Source: Dehalococcoidia bacterium UBA2991 (GTDB taxonomy: Bacteria > Chloroflexota > Dehalococcoidia > Tepidiformales > Tepidiformaceae). Taken from it: a DNA stretch of 64,000 nucleotides. Position numbers and translations under genes: made by a program. Each line of letters begins with the position of its first letter. Within the stretch, counting starts at the first letter, position 1. Below are positions 37,128 to 47,145 of this stretch, in pieces. The notes beneath the pieces are model-generated. The model was not told the DNA's origin. It made no database searches and saw only the letters and a program-made list of their open reading frames with translations. The stretch is taken from positions 90,760 through 154,759 of the forward strand of contig DEAD01000011.1 in assembly GCA_002346645.1 (NCBI GenBank), in the 5' to 3' direction.

Positions 37128-39515
37128 CTACTTTCCTATAGCCCCTTCACCAAGAGCTTTGTGAGTGTTTGCGTCCTTGAAACCGAGAGTGGGTAGGAGA
37201 CGGCTCAGCCAGCCCGGTAACCACCAGTTGGCATCGCTCATGAGCTGCATGGCTGCTGGCACGAGCACTAGGCGGATGACCGTAGCGTCCAGGAAGATAG
37301 CTACAGCTAGTCCGATTCCAAACTCCTTTATTACTCGCTGTTCGCTCAGCGCGAAAGCTAAGAAGACTGCCACCATGATTGCTGCAGCTGCTGAGATCAC
37401 TCGGCTTGTAGCGGCAAGCCCACGGGCCACTGCTTCGGCGTTGTCACCCGTCGCCAAATATTCCTCCCGCACTCGGCTCACTAGGAATACTTCGTAATCC
37501 ATAGAGAGTCCAAACAGAACGGCGAACATCATCATTGGCAAGAACGACTCTATGGGTCCCGTCCCTTCAAGTCCGAGAAGATCGGCACCCCACCCCCACT
37601 GAAAAATAGCTACGAGGATGCCGTAGGCCGAACCTGCTGCCAGAACGTTCATCAGGGCTGCCTTGATGGGAACCAAAATTGATCGGAAAACCACCATCAG
37701 AAGCAAGAAACTGGCTCCGATAACGGCGGCTAGGAAGATAGGCATCCGATCACGAACTCGTTCCCCGATATCGATAAAAATCGCTGTCGGCCCGCCCACT
37801 AGCGCTTCAACACTCGTTCCACTCAAAAGTGAGGGAAGATGGTCGCGGAGGTGATGTACGAGGTCGTCTGTAGCCTCGTCCTGTGGGGAACTGGCTGGAA
37901 TGATGAGCAGCGTTCCTGCTGATCGGTCCTCATTTAGGGTAGGTGGGGTTATGGCCACGATGTTGTCTTCTCCCCCAAGTTGGATAGGGAGTGCCTCGAA
38001 GGCCTCTGCTTCTTCTTCGTTGTTGAAGGAGGCGCCGATCAGGATCGGTCCGTTGAAGCCGACACCAAAGCCTTCGGCAAGTAGGTCATAGGAACGTCGC
38101 GATGTTAGTGAGGTGGGATTGCTTCCTGCATCGCTCGAACCGAGCCGTACATCGAGTGCCGGAAAGGCGAGTAGCAACAGCCCAGCTGTCGCTACTATGA
38201 GCCAGAGCCAGGGTGCCTTCTGGATCATTCGGGCCAGCCGGTAGCCCATGCCGCTATCGTTCTGTATCGCAGAAACGCGCAATCCAGGCACCTTAAGGCG
38301 ATTCACCCGGTGTCCAACTAGCCCCAAAATTGCTGGTAGTACGAAAAGGGCTACCAGCGCCGCTAGTGCTACAGCTATTGCTGGCCCCATAGCTGTTATT
38401 GAGAGTAGGGGTACACCCATGGACCAGAGGCCCATAAGAGCAATGACAACGCTGACACCTGCAAACATCACTGAATGGCCCGCTGTCGAAGCTGCTTCCG
38501 CCACTGCATCGGGGACGGACAAACCCCGTTCAAGAGCTTCTCTGAAGCGGGTTACGACCAAAAGAGCGTAGTCAATTCCCACGCCGATGCCGATCATCGC
38601 GGCGAATTGCGGGGTGAATTCTGCGAAGTTCACGAACGAGGCACCGATTCCAATGAGGAAAAATGCCGGGAGTAAGGCCAGCAGTGCTGTGAGAATGGGA
38701 AGTCCTGCTGCCGTTACTGAACCGAATGCGATCAACAGGATCACGGCTGCCGCTGCTAACCCCACGAGTTCTGCGTTTCCAGGGGCCTCTTGTTCCCCAG
38801 CCGAAGCGATAATCCCGCCCAATTCCACCTGGATGTCGTTTTTGGAAACCTGTTCTCGCCAATCGAATAATGCTGCAATGCTTCTATCGTCGACTTGGTC
38901 GGCACCTGTCTCGTACTGTGCGGTGATTCTCGCGATAGTCCCATCCAGTGAGATGCGTCCTGGTTCCTCATAGGGTGAGATCACAGTTACTACTTGTGGC
39001 AGCTCCTTCACCTGAGCTAGCAGGTCATTGACGTGCGAGCGCACTCTCTCTGATTCCAGTCCGCCGGGTGCGCGGATGACGATTTCAGCAGTATCCCCCG
39101 CCACTCTAGGAAAGCGTTCACTGAGTAGGTCGTATAGCTTTTGGGATTCAGCTCCGGGGAGGGTGAATCCGCCGGTCCCATATTCACCTCGCATCGTTGC
39201 CCAAAGCACTCCACAGGTCAGCACTATCGACAAGACGGCACTGAGGATTATCCACGGGTGCCTGACTGCGAATCTTGGGTAGCGATCGAAAAGAAATGAG
39301 GGCTTCTCAGCGGGCATGGTTGGTGCTACGGAAGGATGCTTTGTGGGAACGCTTGAGGTTGCCAAAGGCCTACGCGATGGCTCTGTTCTTGGTTGGTTGC
39401 CAGTTGTTCCAGGTGAGGGGCTTCTCTGAGCTAGTGCACGTACACCCATCCACACCGCCCCGCCAATCAGGGCAAGGCCCACTAATCCTGCCATGAATCG
39501 CCCGAAGCGATTCAC
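37128..39515 (-). CDS. MMPL family (RND superfamily) transporter
   Basis: 795 aa. Two repeats of a periplasmic domain plus a 5-6 TM bundle. GIGVGIDYALLVVTRFRE and FGLSMDYEVFLVSRVREE are the duplicated MMPL motifs. The start may be GTG 39515 or ATG 39494. Confidence 0.9.
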   Translation of the reverse strand: MNRFGRFMAGLVGLALIGGAVWMGVRALAQRSPSPGTTGNQPRTEPSRRPLATSSVPTKHPSVAPTMPAEKPSFLFDRYPRFAVRHPWIILSAVLSIVLTCGVLWATMRGEYGTGGFTLPGAESQKLYDLLSERFPRVAGDTAEIVIRAPGGLESERVRSHVNDLLAQVKELPQVVTVISPYEEPGRISLDGTIARITAQYETGADQVDDRSIAALFDWREQVSKNDIQVELGGIIASAGEQEAPGNAELVGLAAAAVILLIAFGSVTAAGLPILTALLALLPAFFLIGIGASFVNFAEFTPQFAAMIGIGVGIDYALLVVTRFREALERGLSVPDAVAEAASTAGHSVMFAGVSVVIALMGLWSMGVPLLSITAMGPAIAVALAALVALFVLPAILGLVGHRVNRLKVPGLRVSAIQNDSGMGYRLARMIQKAPWLWLIVATAGLLLLAFPALDVRLGSSDAGSNPTSLTSRRSYDLLAEGFGVGFNGPILIGASFNNEEEAEAFEALPIQLGGEDNIVAITPPTLNEDRSAGTLLIIPASSPQDEATDDLVHHLRDHLPSLLSGTSVEALVGGPTAIFIDIGERVRDRMPIFLAAVIGASFLLLMVVFRSILVPIKAALMNVLAAGSAYGILVAIFQWGWGADLLGLEGTGPIESFLPMMMFAVLFGLSMDYEVFLVSRVREEYLATGDNAEAVARGLAATSRVISAAAAIMVAVFLAFALSEQRVIKEFGIGLAVAIFLDATVIRLVLVPAAMQLMSDANWWLPGWLSRLLPTLGFKDANTHKALGEGAIGK

Positions 39516-39733
39516 GAGCTGGTTTTCCCGCTGTCCGCCGACAAGGGACTAGTGGCCTCTGATTGGCGCAATGAACTGAGGAACAAAAATTTTGTAGTCA
39601 TCGGACGAAGCTTGTGTAGTTGGCATCGGATACCGTAGCAGGACAAACGGTTATCGCCACCCCCTTCATTGCTTACTTCATCGCACCCCCTAACGGAGTG
39701 CTCGGAGTGAGTGCTTCTCCTACCAGTGCAGAC

Positions 39734-39766
39734 CAATGCGATACCTGCTTAGTGGAGATCGCATTG
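39734..39766. repeat. Inverted repeat (9-bp arms, 15-nt spacer) in the MMPL upstream region
   Basis: CAATGCGAT (39734-39742) / ATCGCATTG (39758-39766). No U-tract follows on either strand. Confidence 0.5.
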
Positions 39767-39808
39767 CTTCCATAATCTGCCGATTCTGTCTTTGGAATCT
39801 AAGGTTAC

Positions 39809-40444
39809 TTACCAGTGATCCCAGTGGAGCGTCGTTTCCACTGGTAGGCGGGTCACCGGGCCAAAATTCCCCATGGGGTATCCAATTGGGACTAAGCAGT
39901 AGGCCTCTACCGTCTCCGGTAGGTGGAGTATTTCCTTCACTCTGTCACGGTCGCGCAGGCCCAGTGTCGTTGGGGTGGCGCCTAGGCCCAGGGCACGTGC
40001 TGCTAGCAGCACGTTCTGCACTGCAGGCCACACGTAGCCTCCTCCTCCTGCACGCGCAGGTTCAGTCTGGGGTTCCGAAAACTCTAGGCAAGCGATGACC
40101 AGCGCTGGGATGTCGTGCATATGCTCCATCTGCCAGACGACTGCTTCTCGCATGCGATCACGCTTCTCTTTGGAGTGGTGCGGGAGCTCCTCTACTCTGT
40201 CTGCTGCCATGTAGGCAGTGATGTGGCGGCGGTTCTCTTCTGCCAGCAAACGTTTTTGTTCAGGGTTGCGCACGATAACCCAGCGCACGTTCTGGACGTT
40301 CGATCCGGTAGGCGCGTGATTGCCCGCATCGATCAGCTTTATGAGAAGCTCTTCTGGAACTGGGTCCGGTTTGATCCGCCGCATTGCTCGGCAATTGAAA
40401 ATAACTTCGAAGATGTCGGTCTCTTCACTCATGGAGTTCTCCAT
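39809..40444 (-). CDS. Nitroreductase family protein
   Basis: IFNCRAMRRIKPDPVPEELL..LIDAGNHAPTGSNVQNVRWVIV is the nitroreductase N-terminal signature. The track start at 40627 would overlap the divergent crotonase. The ATG at 40444 (MENSMSEE) has an AGGTGA SD. Confidence 0.82.
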   Translation of the reverse strand: MENSMSEETDIFEVIFNCRAMRRIKPDPVPEELLIKLIDAGNHAPTGSNVQNVRWVIVRNPEQKRLLAEENRRHITAYMAADRVEELPHHSKEKRDRMREAVVWQMEHMHDIPALVIACLEFSEPQTEPARAGGGGYVWPAVQNVLLAARALGLGATPTTLGLRDRDRVKEILHLPETVEAYCLVPIGYPMGNFGPVTRLPVETTLHWDHW

Positions 40445-40501
40445 ATCACCTAATCCAGTGTGTACGTGCGAGACTACGCGCCCTAGCACTGGAGGCCACC
40501 T

Positions 40502-41281
40502 ATGCCCGACCTGCTTTACGAAAAGCGTGATGGGTTCGCTATCTTCACCATGAATCGGCCTAAGCGGCTCAATGCTCTCGGTGGCACGATGTCGGAGGAT
40601 CTTGTGGAAGCGCTTGCTGACTTCCACGCCGATCCTGAGATGCGCTCTGGAGTCCTGACCGGTGCAGGCCGTGCCTTTAGCGCTGGGGCGGATCTCAAGG
40701 AGATGAACCGACGTAACATTGATAGGGCTGAGCAGGCTGCTCCTCGGCGTACGTTTGATCCGGCTAGCAGCCTTCCCTTTTCCCGCTCGCCCAAACCCTT
40801 TATCGCGGCGATCAATGGGCTTTGTATCGCCGGTGGCCTCGAGCGTGCCTTGGACTGTGACATTCGTGTTTGTTCAACCGAGGCTTGGTTCGGCTTATTT
40901 GAGGTGAAGCGAGGCATTCTTGCTGGTTACGCAATTCATAATTTGGCTCGCCTCATACCCTTTAGTCATGCCATGTATATCCTCCTAACCGGTGAGCGTG
41001 TTGAGGCCCCTGATGCCCTCCGAATGGGGCTCGTTAGCGAAATGCTCGAACCGGATGAACTCATGTCCCGAGCTGAGGAAATCGCTGGTGCGATTGCGAA
41101 GAATGCGCCTCTCTCTGTGGAGGGCAGCAAATTCATGGCCCAGCAATGGCGGCAGCTGATGATCGACGAGTCATACAGAACTGGTGAATGGGTTAGCCGT
41201 GCTGTCCTTAACTCCGAAGATGCGAAGGAAGGCCCGCGAGCCTTCGCCGAAAAGCGGGATCCCCGCTGGCAAGGCCGCTAG
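40502..41281 (+). CDS. Enoyl-CoA hydratase/isomerase
   Basis: 259 aa. FTMNRPKRLNAL, LTGAGRAFSAGADLKEM, AAINGLCIAGGLE and the C-terminus EGPRAFAEKRDPRW. Confidence 0.9.
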   Translation: MPDLLYEKRDGFAIFTMNRPKRLNALGGTMSEDLVEALADFHADPEMRSGVLTGAGRAFSAGADLKEMNRRNIDRAEQAAPRRTFDPASSLPFSRSPKPFIAAINGLCIAGGLERALDCDIRVCSTEAWFGLFEVKRGILAGYAIHNLARLIPFSHAMYILLTGERVEAPDALRMGLVSEMLEPDELMSRAEEIAGAIAKNAPLSVEGSKFMAQQWRQLMIDESYRTGEWVSRAVLNSEDAKEGPRAFAEKRDPRWQGR

Positions 41282-41296
41282 CTCAAAGGAGCACAG

Positions 41297-42349
41297 ATGA
41301 CTTCAAAAGAAACGCCCCTCCGTGTTGGCCTTATTGGTGCCGGTGGAAACATGAAGCTTCGTCACATCCCTGGTTTCCGCGAAGGCGGGAATGTTGATCT
41401 CGTATCTGTTTGTAACCGCAGTGAGGCTAGTAGCCGTGCCGTAGCTGAGGAGTTCGGTATTCCTCGCATCGAACCTGATGTGGAAACCCTGCTTAGCTCC
41501 ACAGACATCGACGCTGTCTGCATTGGTACTTGGCCCTATATGCATAGTGCTCTCACCATTGCCGCCCTTGAGGCTGGTAAGCACGTTCTATGCGAAGCCC
41601 GAATGGCGATGGATGCTTCCCAGGCACGTGAGATGCTGGCCGCTTCCGAGGCCCGGCCGGACCTAGTCGCACAGTTAGTTCCTGCACCGTTCGATTTTAA
41701 GAGTTGGAGAACCGTTCGCCGCTTGCTGGAGGATGGCTCCATCGGAGACGTTCGAGAAGTGCACGTGACTGTCCTTGGGGGTGGGGCTCTAGATGCCAAG
41801 GCCCCGCTGCATTGGCGGGATCGCACTGACCTTTCCGGGATGAATGTAATGGCCTACGGCATCTACGCTGAGATTGTTTCTCGCTGGTTTGGTCCAACTC
41901 GGTCCGTTCTTTCACACGGAGAGACGTTCGTTCGCTCACGCACTAACGCTGAGACAGGGGAACAAACTGCTATTGAGGTCCCCGATAGTCTGGGGGTATT
42001 TGCTGAGTTGGAGCGGGGTGGACGTGTGACTTATCGCGTCTCGACCGTACTCCACGCGGTTCCTTCAGAGGCGAACGGGATCTCTGTTTATGGGTCCGCT
42101 GGAACCCTCCACTGGTTTCCTGGTGACACTATGGCCTTCGCTTCTCTCGGAGAGGAGCTGGCCCCTCTTGAGCCCGATCCTGGCACTGCCGGGCAGTGGC
42201 GTGTAGAGCAGGACTTTGTCGATTCCGTACGTAGTGGTGTTCCTGTCATCCTTACTAGCTTTGCTGATGGCCTCCACTACATGCGGGTAATCGAAGCTAC
42301 CTATCTGAGTCGCACCGAAGGCCGAGCCGTCCTCCTCTCTGAGGTGTAG
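41297..42349 (+). CDS. Gfo/Idh/MocA family oxidoreductase
   Basis: 350 aa. LRVGLIGAGGNMKLRHIPGF (Rossmann fold) and GKHVLCEARMA (EKP-like motif region). Confidence 0.82.
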   Translation: MTSKETPLRVGLIGAGGNMKLRHIPGFREGGNVDLVSVCNRSEASSRAVAEEFGIPRIEPDVETLLSSTDIDAVCIGTWPYMHSALTIAALEAGKHVLCEARMAMDASQAREMLAASEARPDLVAQLVPAPFDFKSWRTVRRLLEDGSIGDVREVHVTVLGGGALDAKAPLHWRDRTDLSGMNVMAYGIYAEIVSRWFGPTRSVLSHGETFVRSRTNAETGEQTAIEVPDSLGVFAELERGGRVTYRVSTVLHAVPSEANGISVYGSAGTLHWFPGDTMAFASLGEELAPLEPDPGTAGQWRVEQDFVDSVRSGVPVILTSFADGLHYMRVIEATYLSRTEGRAVLLSEV

Positions 42350-42363
42350 AACTTCTATTCAGA

Positions 42364-43605
42364 ATGGAGTTAACCCATATGACGCAAGCGGAACCTTTCA
42401 CCGTCAATATTCCAGATGAAGACATAGCCGATCTCCATCGCCGAATCGACCACACTCGTTTTCCCGCCGACTTTGCAAATGAAGATTGGCGTTTCGGGAT
42501 GAACCGCGAATATTTGGAGTCTTTTCTGCACTCTTGGAGGCACGAATTTGACTGGCGGGAAACTGAAGCCCGAATAAATGCTTACAACAACTACCAGGTG
42601 GACTTCGAGGGAGTGCCCCTCCATTTTATTCATGAGCGAGGAAAGGGCCCGAACCCCATTCCTTTGGTCCTCACCCACGGCTGGCCCTGGACATTTTGGG
42701 ATTTCGAACAGGTGATTAAGCCTCTTACCGACCCTGCTGCATATGGCGGCGATCCTGCCGATGCCTTTGATGTTGTGGTGCCCTCGCTTCCTGGCTTTGG
42801 CTTCTCAACCCCTCTTCGGATTGACGGTCTCCAGACCAACAAGGCTGTAGACCTATGGGCCCGGCTGATGACTGATGTCCTGGGCTATGACCGGTTCGCA
42901 GCCGGAGGCGGAGACTTTGGGGCGATGCTCTCTAGCGCTCTCGGCTTTCGTTATCCGGAACGGGTTCTTGGGGTCTACCTAACCCTGCCTTCCTTGCCGC
43001 CTACTGCAACGCCTGACAACTTGCCCGAGCCGGGTAGTGCGCGCCAATTAATTGGCACCCTTATGGGACCTGCGATGCGGACAAACAGGGATGACTTTGC
43101 GCCGGAGGAGCGCCACCGATATGACCTCATGGAGGAACGCTGGACTACAGCCCTGGCTCATATTGCTGTTCATACCACCGATCCCCAGACCCTTTCCTTC
43201 GCTCTTCACGACTCGCCTGCTGGATTGGCCTCGTGGCTGGTAGAACGCCGTCGAAATTGGAGTGACAATGAAGGCGACGTCGAGCAGTCTTTCTCGCGCC
43301 AGTTTCTTCTCGACACGGTCAGCATTTACTGGTTCACAGAAAGTTTTGTAACAACCTCGCGCTGGTACTGGCACACCTTCCGGACACCTCCCCAGCCCTT
43401 GCCCGACCCTGAAGCCGCTCGCAAGGTGCCCCTTGGCCTGCCCGTCTATCCCAAGGAGATGGTGTTTGTGCCCCGGGCTGCCGCAGAGGCGGCTGGCAAT
43501 GTGGTTCACTGGACGGAGCAACCCCGTGGCGGCCACTTTGCTCCCGCAGAGGTGCCCAGCCTTTTTGTGGATGACATAAGAGATTTCTATAGAGAGTTAC
43601 GCTAG
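42364..43605 (+). CDS. Epoxide hydrolase (EHN N-terminal domain plus alpha/beta hydrolase)
   Basis: 413 aa. FTVNIPDEDIADLHRRIDHTRFP and VLTHGWPWTFWDF (HGWP oxyanion motif). GGDFGA is at the nucleophile position. Confidence 0.85.
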   Translation: MELTHMTQAEPFTVNIPDEDIADLHRRIDHTRFPADFANEDWRFGMNREYLESFLHSWRHEFDWRETEARINAYNNYQVDFEGVPLHFIHERGKGPNPIPLVLTHGWPWTFWDFEQVIKPLTDPAAYGGDPADAFDVVVPSLPGFGFSTPLRIDGLQTNKAVDLWARLMTDVLGYDRFAAGGGDFGAMLSSALGFRYPERVLGVYLTLPSLPPTATPDNLPEPGSARQLIGTLMGPAMRTNRDDFAPEERHRYDLMEERWTTALAHIAVHTTDPQTLSFALHDSPAGLASWLVERRRNWSDNEGDVEQSFSRQFLLDTVSIYWFTESFVTTSRWYWHTFRTPPQPLPDPEAARKVPLGLPVYPKEMVFVPRAAAEAAGNVVHWTEQPRGGHFAPAEVPSLFVDDIRDFYRELR

Positions 43606-43730
43606 GCCCGTTGCTCGTTTTTGGGATGTTTGTTGTCTTCAGGGCAACAGCTGGGGCTTAGGCCCTTTTCTCTAAAGGCGTAGGCTGCGCGCATTGATGT
43701 AATAGCTTCAAAGACTAGAAGGAGAAAATC

Positions 43731-44537
43731 ATGCCGGGAGAGCTCGAAGGTAAAGTTTCCATTATCACAGGTGGTGGGTCGGGAATGGGTCGCTCTACAG
43801 CCCTTATGTTTGCGCGCGAGGGTGCGTCCGTCGCTATCGCTGATGTTAACGATGAAGGGGGTGAGGCCACGGCAGCCCAGATCGAGGATCTTGGAGGAAA
43901 TGCGACATTCGTCCACACCGATACCTCCAGCGAGCAAGATGTAGTCAATCTTGTGTCTACGACGGTGGATCAGTTTGGGCGGCTTGATTCTATGGTTACG
44001 GCGGCTGGTATCTCCTATGCGGACTACGTCGAGGGGGATGAGGCTACTGACCCCTTCCTTCACCCAGACGCTGCAACCATCCTTAATAAACCCACTGAGC
44101 GTTGGCAGAAGGTGCTGGACGTGAACCTCACTGGCGTCATGCTCTGTGCTCGGGAGTCTGCTCGCCAAATGATGGCGGAGGGCCACGGTGGCACTATCGT
44201 TAACTTCGCATCCATCGCTGCTTACGCTCCTTCGCCGGGGATAATGGACTACTGTGTTTCGAAGGTCGGCGTGATCATGCTTACCCGTTGCTTCGCTGTT
44301 GAGTTTGGTCCTCATGGAATACGTGTCAATGCGGTGGCCCCTGGACCTATCGAAACTCCGATGACCGAGTCGTTACGTAGCACAGGTTCTCTTCAGTCCC
44401 AAGGGGGAGGGCTACCCCTGCGGCGTATGGCGAAGCCAGAAGAGGTTTCCGAAGCGGTGCTCTTTTTCACCAGCGATCGATCGAGCTACGTTACTGGGAA
44501 GACGCTTGGGGTCGACGGTGGAACCAACACTGTCTAG
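43731..44537 (+). CDS. SDR family oxidoreductase
   Basis: 268 aa. ITGGGSGMGRS (TGxxxGxG), NFASIAA and YCVSK (YxxxK). Confidence 0.9.
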   Translation: MPGELEGKVSIITGGGSGMGRSTALMFAREGASVAIADVNDEGGEATAAQIEDLGGNATFVHTDTSSEQDVVNLVSTTVDQFGRLDSMVTAAGISYADYVEGDEATDPFLHPDAATILNKPTERWQKVLDVNLTGVMLCARESARQMMAEGHGGTIVNFASIAAYAPSPGIMDYCVSKVGVIMLTRCFAVEFGPHGIRVNAVAPGPIETPMTESLRSTGSLQSQGGGLPLRRMAKPEEVSEAVLFFTSDRSSYVTGKTLGVDGGTNTV

Positions 44538-44552
44538 CGTGGGTTGGTGTTC

Positions 44553-45017
44553 CTAGGGATCGCTTGGTGGACGTAACGGTGATGGCCCATGTCCAACGAT
44601 ATCTTCTAGCGCCAGTAGTGCCTCGAGGGTGTCCTGTACCCGGAGGGGTACAGCGAATTCCCGAGGAATTAGGGGTCGGTTAATCGCAGCGAAGAAAAAC
44701 TCCCGTGCGTACTTCGGAACATCAGACTCTGCTAGAAGCTGCACTCCGTAGTTGGCTTGACGCACGAGTCGTTCCGCCACCTGCTCGTGTGAGGGTCCTA
44801 ATGGCTGAGGGGAACCGTCATCCAGGCCCAGAGCGATTGGGCGTGTGCTCTCATGGAATGGCCCCTCTCCCTCATATGCGACGCGCATGTAGGTGATCAC
44901 GTGCCCATCGGCACTCTCCTCAGTGCACAAACCCCCGAGGCGTTCGAACCGTCCTCGCATGGCAGCCTCCTCGGACTCTGCTCGCTCGCCGATAGTTACA
45001 GGTTTTAGTGGGGGCAT
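44553..45017 (-). CDS. Hypothetical protein
   Basis: 154-aa ORF convergent with the SDR gene. The composition looks coding. No family recognised. Confidence 0.45.
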   Translation of the reverse strand: MPPLKPVTIGERAESEEAAMRGRFERLGGLCTEESADGHVITYMRVAYEGEGPFHESTRPIALGLDDGSPQPLGPSHEQVAERLVRQANYGVQLLAESDVPKYAREFFFAAINRPLIPREFAVPLRVQDTLEALLALEDIVGHGPSPLRPPSDP

Positions 45018-45111
45018 GGCAACCCCCTTACCCTTCTTGGCCTGATGGGCTGTCCTATTCCCATCCCTCTGGAGCGCGTTCCCTCCTCCGTGCTAGGCTC
45101 CTCAGTGGAGT

Positions 45112-45185
45112 TGGGGACTCGTCTAATGGTAGGACAGCGGATTCTGGTTCCGTATGTGGGGGTTCGACTCCTCCGTCCCCAGCCA
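45112..45185 (+). tRNA. tRNA-Gln (anticodon CTG), CCA encoded
   Basis: Hand-folded cloverleaf: acceptor TGGGGAC/GTCCCCA, D arm GTCT-AATGGTA-GGAC, anticodon arm GCGGA-TTCTGGT-TCCGT, variable ATGT, T arm GGGGG-TTCGACT-CCTCC, discriminator G, CCA. Confidence 0.88.
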
Positions 45186-45207
45186 ACTCCCCTTCGTGGC
45201 CTACCTT

Positions 45208-46467
45208 CTAATCTACTGTTACGTTTTCAGGGTCCACACCTAGCTTCACAAGTATGGAATCAAGATCCCTCTCAGTCCGAATGTTTCGTACTAGGGACAT
45301 GAATAGGGCAAGATGTTTCGTTTCTTCCCATACCCGCTCGACCTTCGGCCCTATTGGATCTGAGGACTGAGGCAGGTTTGCGTATGACCCGTAGAAAGCG
45401 AAGTACGCTTGGTTGATTTTGCGGATGTTGATTCCGTGGGAGGCAAACTGTTGTCGCTGCTTTTCCATCAATGTCTCGGCTTCGGCCACGAGACCCTGCT
45501 CTAGGAGTTTGTCGACGTCTAGTCGTAGCTGCCGCATCGTGCCAGGGAAGTCAGGAAGGGAATGTTTGTGCGGTGGTGCCCGCCCATCAGCTGCTGTCTC
45601 TAATGCGATGGGGTTCAGCTCCCTTGCGAGGCGTGCGATCTCCTGCTCAGCAACATGCGCTACAGTCTCGTTGAGCTTGGTCCCCTCCCCCTGTCCCCAT
45701 GCTTCTCCTAGCGGGTAGAACGCGAGGTAATGGTGGACCCACTCGTGTGCAGCCAGGCGAAGAACTGAACCGTATGAGCGGTTTTCGAGCACAATTGCTG
45801 GGTATGCCGCCAGCCCTCCAATCGAGACCACTAGTGAGACGATGTTCTCGTTGTCGGTTTGGGCCTCGATCTTTTCGATAGCGGTCAGGCCTAAGTCTGG
45901 GCTCAGAAGAGTGTCGCCTGCCCGACGGATCTCCTTCCGTGGTGAACGCACTAGTAGTTGAGGAGGGTTGGTTAATTCGATGTCAACGGGAGGCCAAAGT
46001 ACTGCGATTCCGCTGAAAAGGGGAAGTGGGCGTCGTAGTCCTGCATGGAGGACCGCGTTAGTCACGTAGCCCTCAATGATTCTTTCTACATCGTTCTCGA
46101 AGAGAGAGCGCTCTTTTGTGAGTTCTTCCAGCAGTATCTGGTCTGGCTCATCAGCCTGGAGTTCTGCCCGAATCGCACTAGTTAGGCGGAAGTAGCTCGC
46201 CAGACGCTCCGTTTCTTCTGCTGCATCTAGTTCTTTTCCTACACCTAGTAGGGTGAAAATAGAGGATGGCAGCTGGCTCGCTTCCCATTGCCAGAGAGAG
46301 AATGTGTGTTCGCTATGCTCCCCTCGGCTCAAGAAGGCGCTGAGGGCAAGTATCAATGCTAGTGCTAGCGTTGCTGCAACTGTAGTGGAGAGGATAAGAA
46401 GTGATGGTCGCCAAGGGATAAGCTCAACGCGTGTGGAGTAGACCCCGGCAAGGCGGATGTTGTTCAC
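45208..46467 (-). CDS. Membrane-anchored hypothetical protein with an HExxH motif (putative Zn-metallopeptidase)
   Basis: 419 aa. N-terminal TM helix LLILSTTVAATLALALILALSAF and LAAHEWVHHYLAF (HExxH). No family recognised. Confidence 0.55.
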   Translation of the reverse strand: MNNIRLAGVYSTRVELIPWRPSLLILSTTVAATLALALILALSAFLSRGEHSEHTFSLWQWEASQLPSSIFTLLGVGKELDAAEETERLASYFRLTSAIRAELQADEPDQILLEELTKERSLFENDVERIIEGYVTNAVLHAGLRRPLPLFSGIAVLWPPVDIELTNPPQLLVRSPRKEIRRAGDTLLSPDLGLTAIEKIEAQTDNENIVSLVVSIGGLAAYPAIVLENRSYGSVLRLAAHEWVHHYLAFYPLGEAWGQGEGTKLNETVAHVAEQEIARLARELNPIALETAADGRAPPHKHSLPDFPGTMRQLRLDVDKLLEQGLVAEAETLMEKQRQQFASHGINIRKINQAYFAFYGSYANLPQSSDPIGPKVERVWEETKHLALFMSLVRNIRTERDLDSILVKLGVDPENVTVD

Positions 46468-46554
46468 TCCTCCAGTCTATGGTTTCTGCTTGACGCTATC
46501 TCCTCAAACCAGTTCTCCGCTCATGTCCTTTCCGGCGATACAATAGAACCGCTC

Positions 46555-47136
46555 ATGACAGCAGGGTCTGCGGTAGCCTCAAGAGCGGCGTTCAGTCACC
46601 CTTCGGCACGTCGTCTGCGTTACGCGTCCTTTGAGATGCGCTTTGCTGCCGTTGCCATAGATGCTCTTGTCCTCTTTTTCGTAGCCGGAGTTCTTATCAT
46701 TGCTGGATCGGTCAACCTGCTCCTTTCCTCTGATTTCGATCGAGTGAATGCTTCTGGGGGCGCCATAAACCTCTTTTGGGCTCTCGTTGGGGCAGTTCCC
46801 CTCGCGGTTTTCCTCTACTTCTTCCTTGGCTTTGCCTTCTGGGGCAAGACAGCTGGGGCGGCGATCATGCGTATTAGTGTGGTTCGTTCTGATGGCGCTG
46901 CCCTTGGTGTTTTTGGTGCCCTTGCTCGGGTAATGGGGATGCTTAGCTACGTTCTGCTTTTGGCGATCGGTGCAGTTCTTGCTTTTGTATTGCGGAGTAC
47001 TCCTGCTGCTGCAGGTGCTTTTGTTGGTCTTAGTCTTCTCGTTTGTGTGGCAGGCTTTCTTTGGGCCGTTTTTGATCCCTACCGTAGGGCTCTCCACGAT
47101 CGCATTGCCGGAACTATTGTGGTTCAGGGCGTGTAG
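46555..47136 (+). CDS. RDD family membrane protein
   Basis: 193 aa. YASFEMRFAAVAIDALVLFFV near the N-terminus and RRALHDRIAGTIVV at the C-terminus, as in RDD-domain proteins. Confidence 0.75.
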   Translation: MTAGSAVASRAAFSHPSARRLRYASFEMRFAAVAIDALVLFFVAGVLIIAGSVNLLLSSDFDRVNASGGAINLFWALVGAVPLAVFLYFFLGFAFWGKTAGAAIMRISVVRSDGAALGVFGALARVMGMLSYVLLLAIGAVLAFVLRSTPAAAGAFVGLSLLVCVAGFLWAVFDPYRRALHDRIAGTIVVQGV

Positions 47137-47145
47137 GGTGAATGG

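Noticed and set aside
39512-39736. 74-aa minus-strand ORF in the MMPL upstream spacer, and UGA read-through ORFs tried in this spacer
   Set aside because: The composition is poor (Cys/Arg/Ser-rich), there is no SD and no motif, and the ORF overlaps the MMPL start. Read-through translations gave no redox motif.
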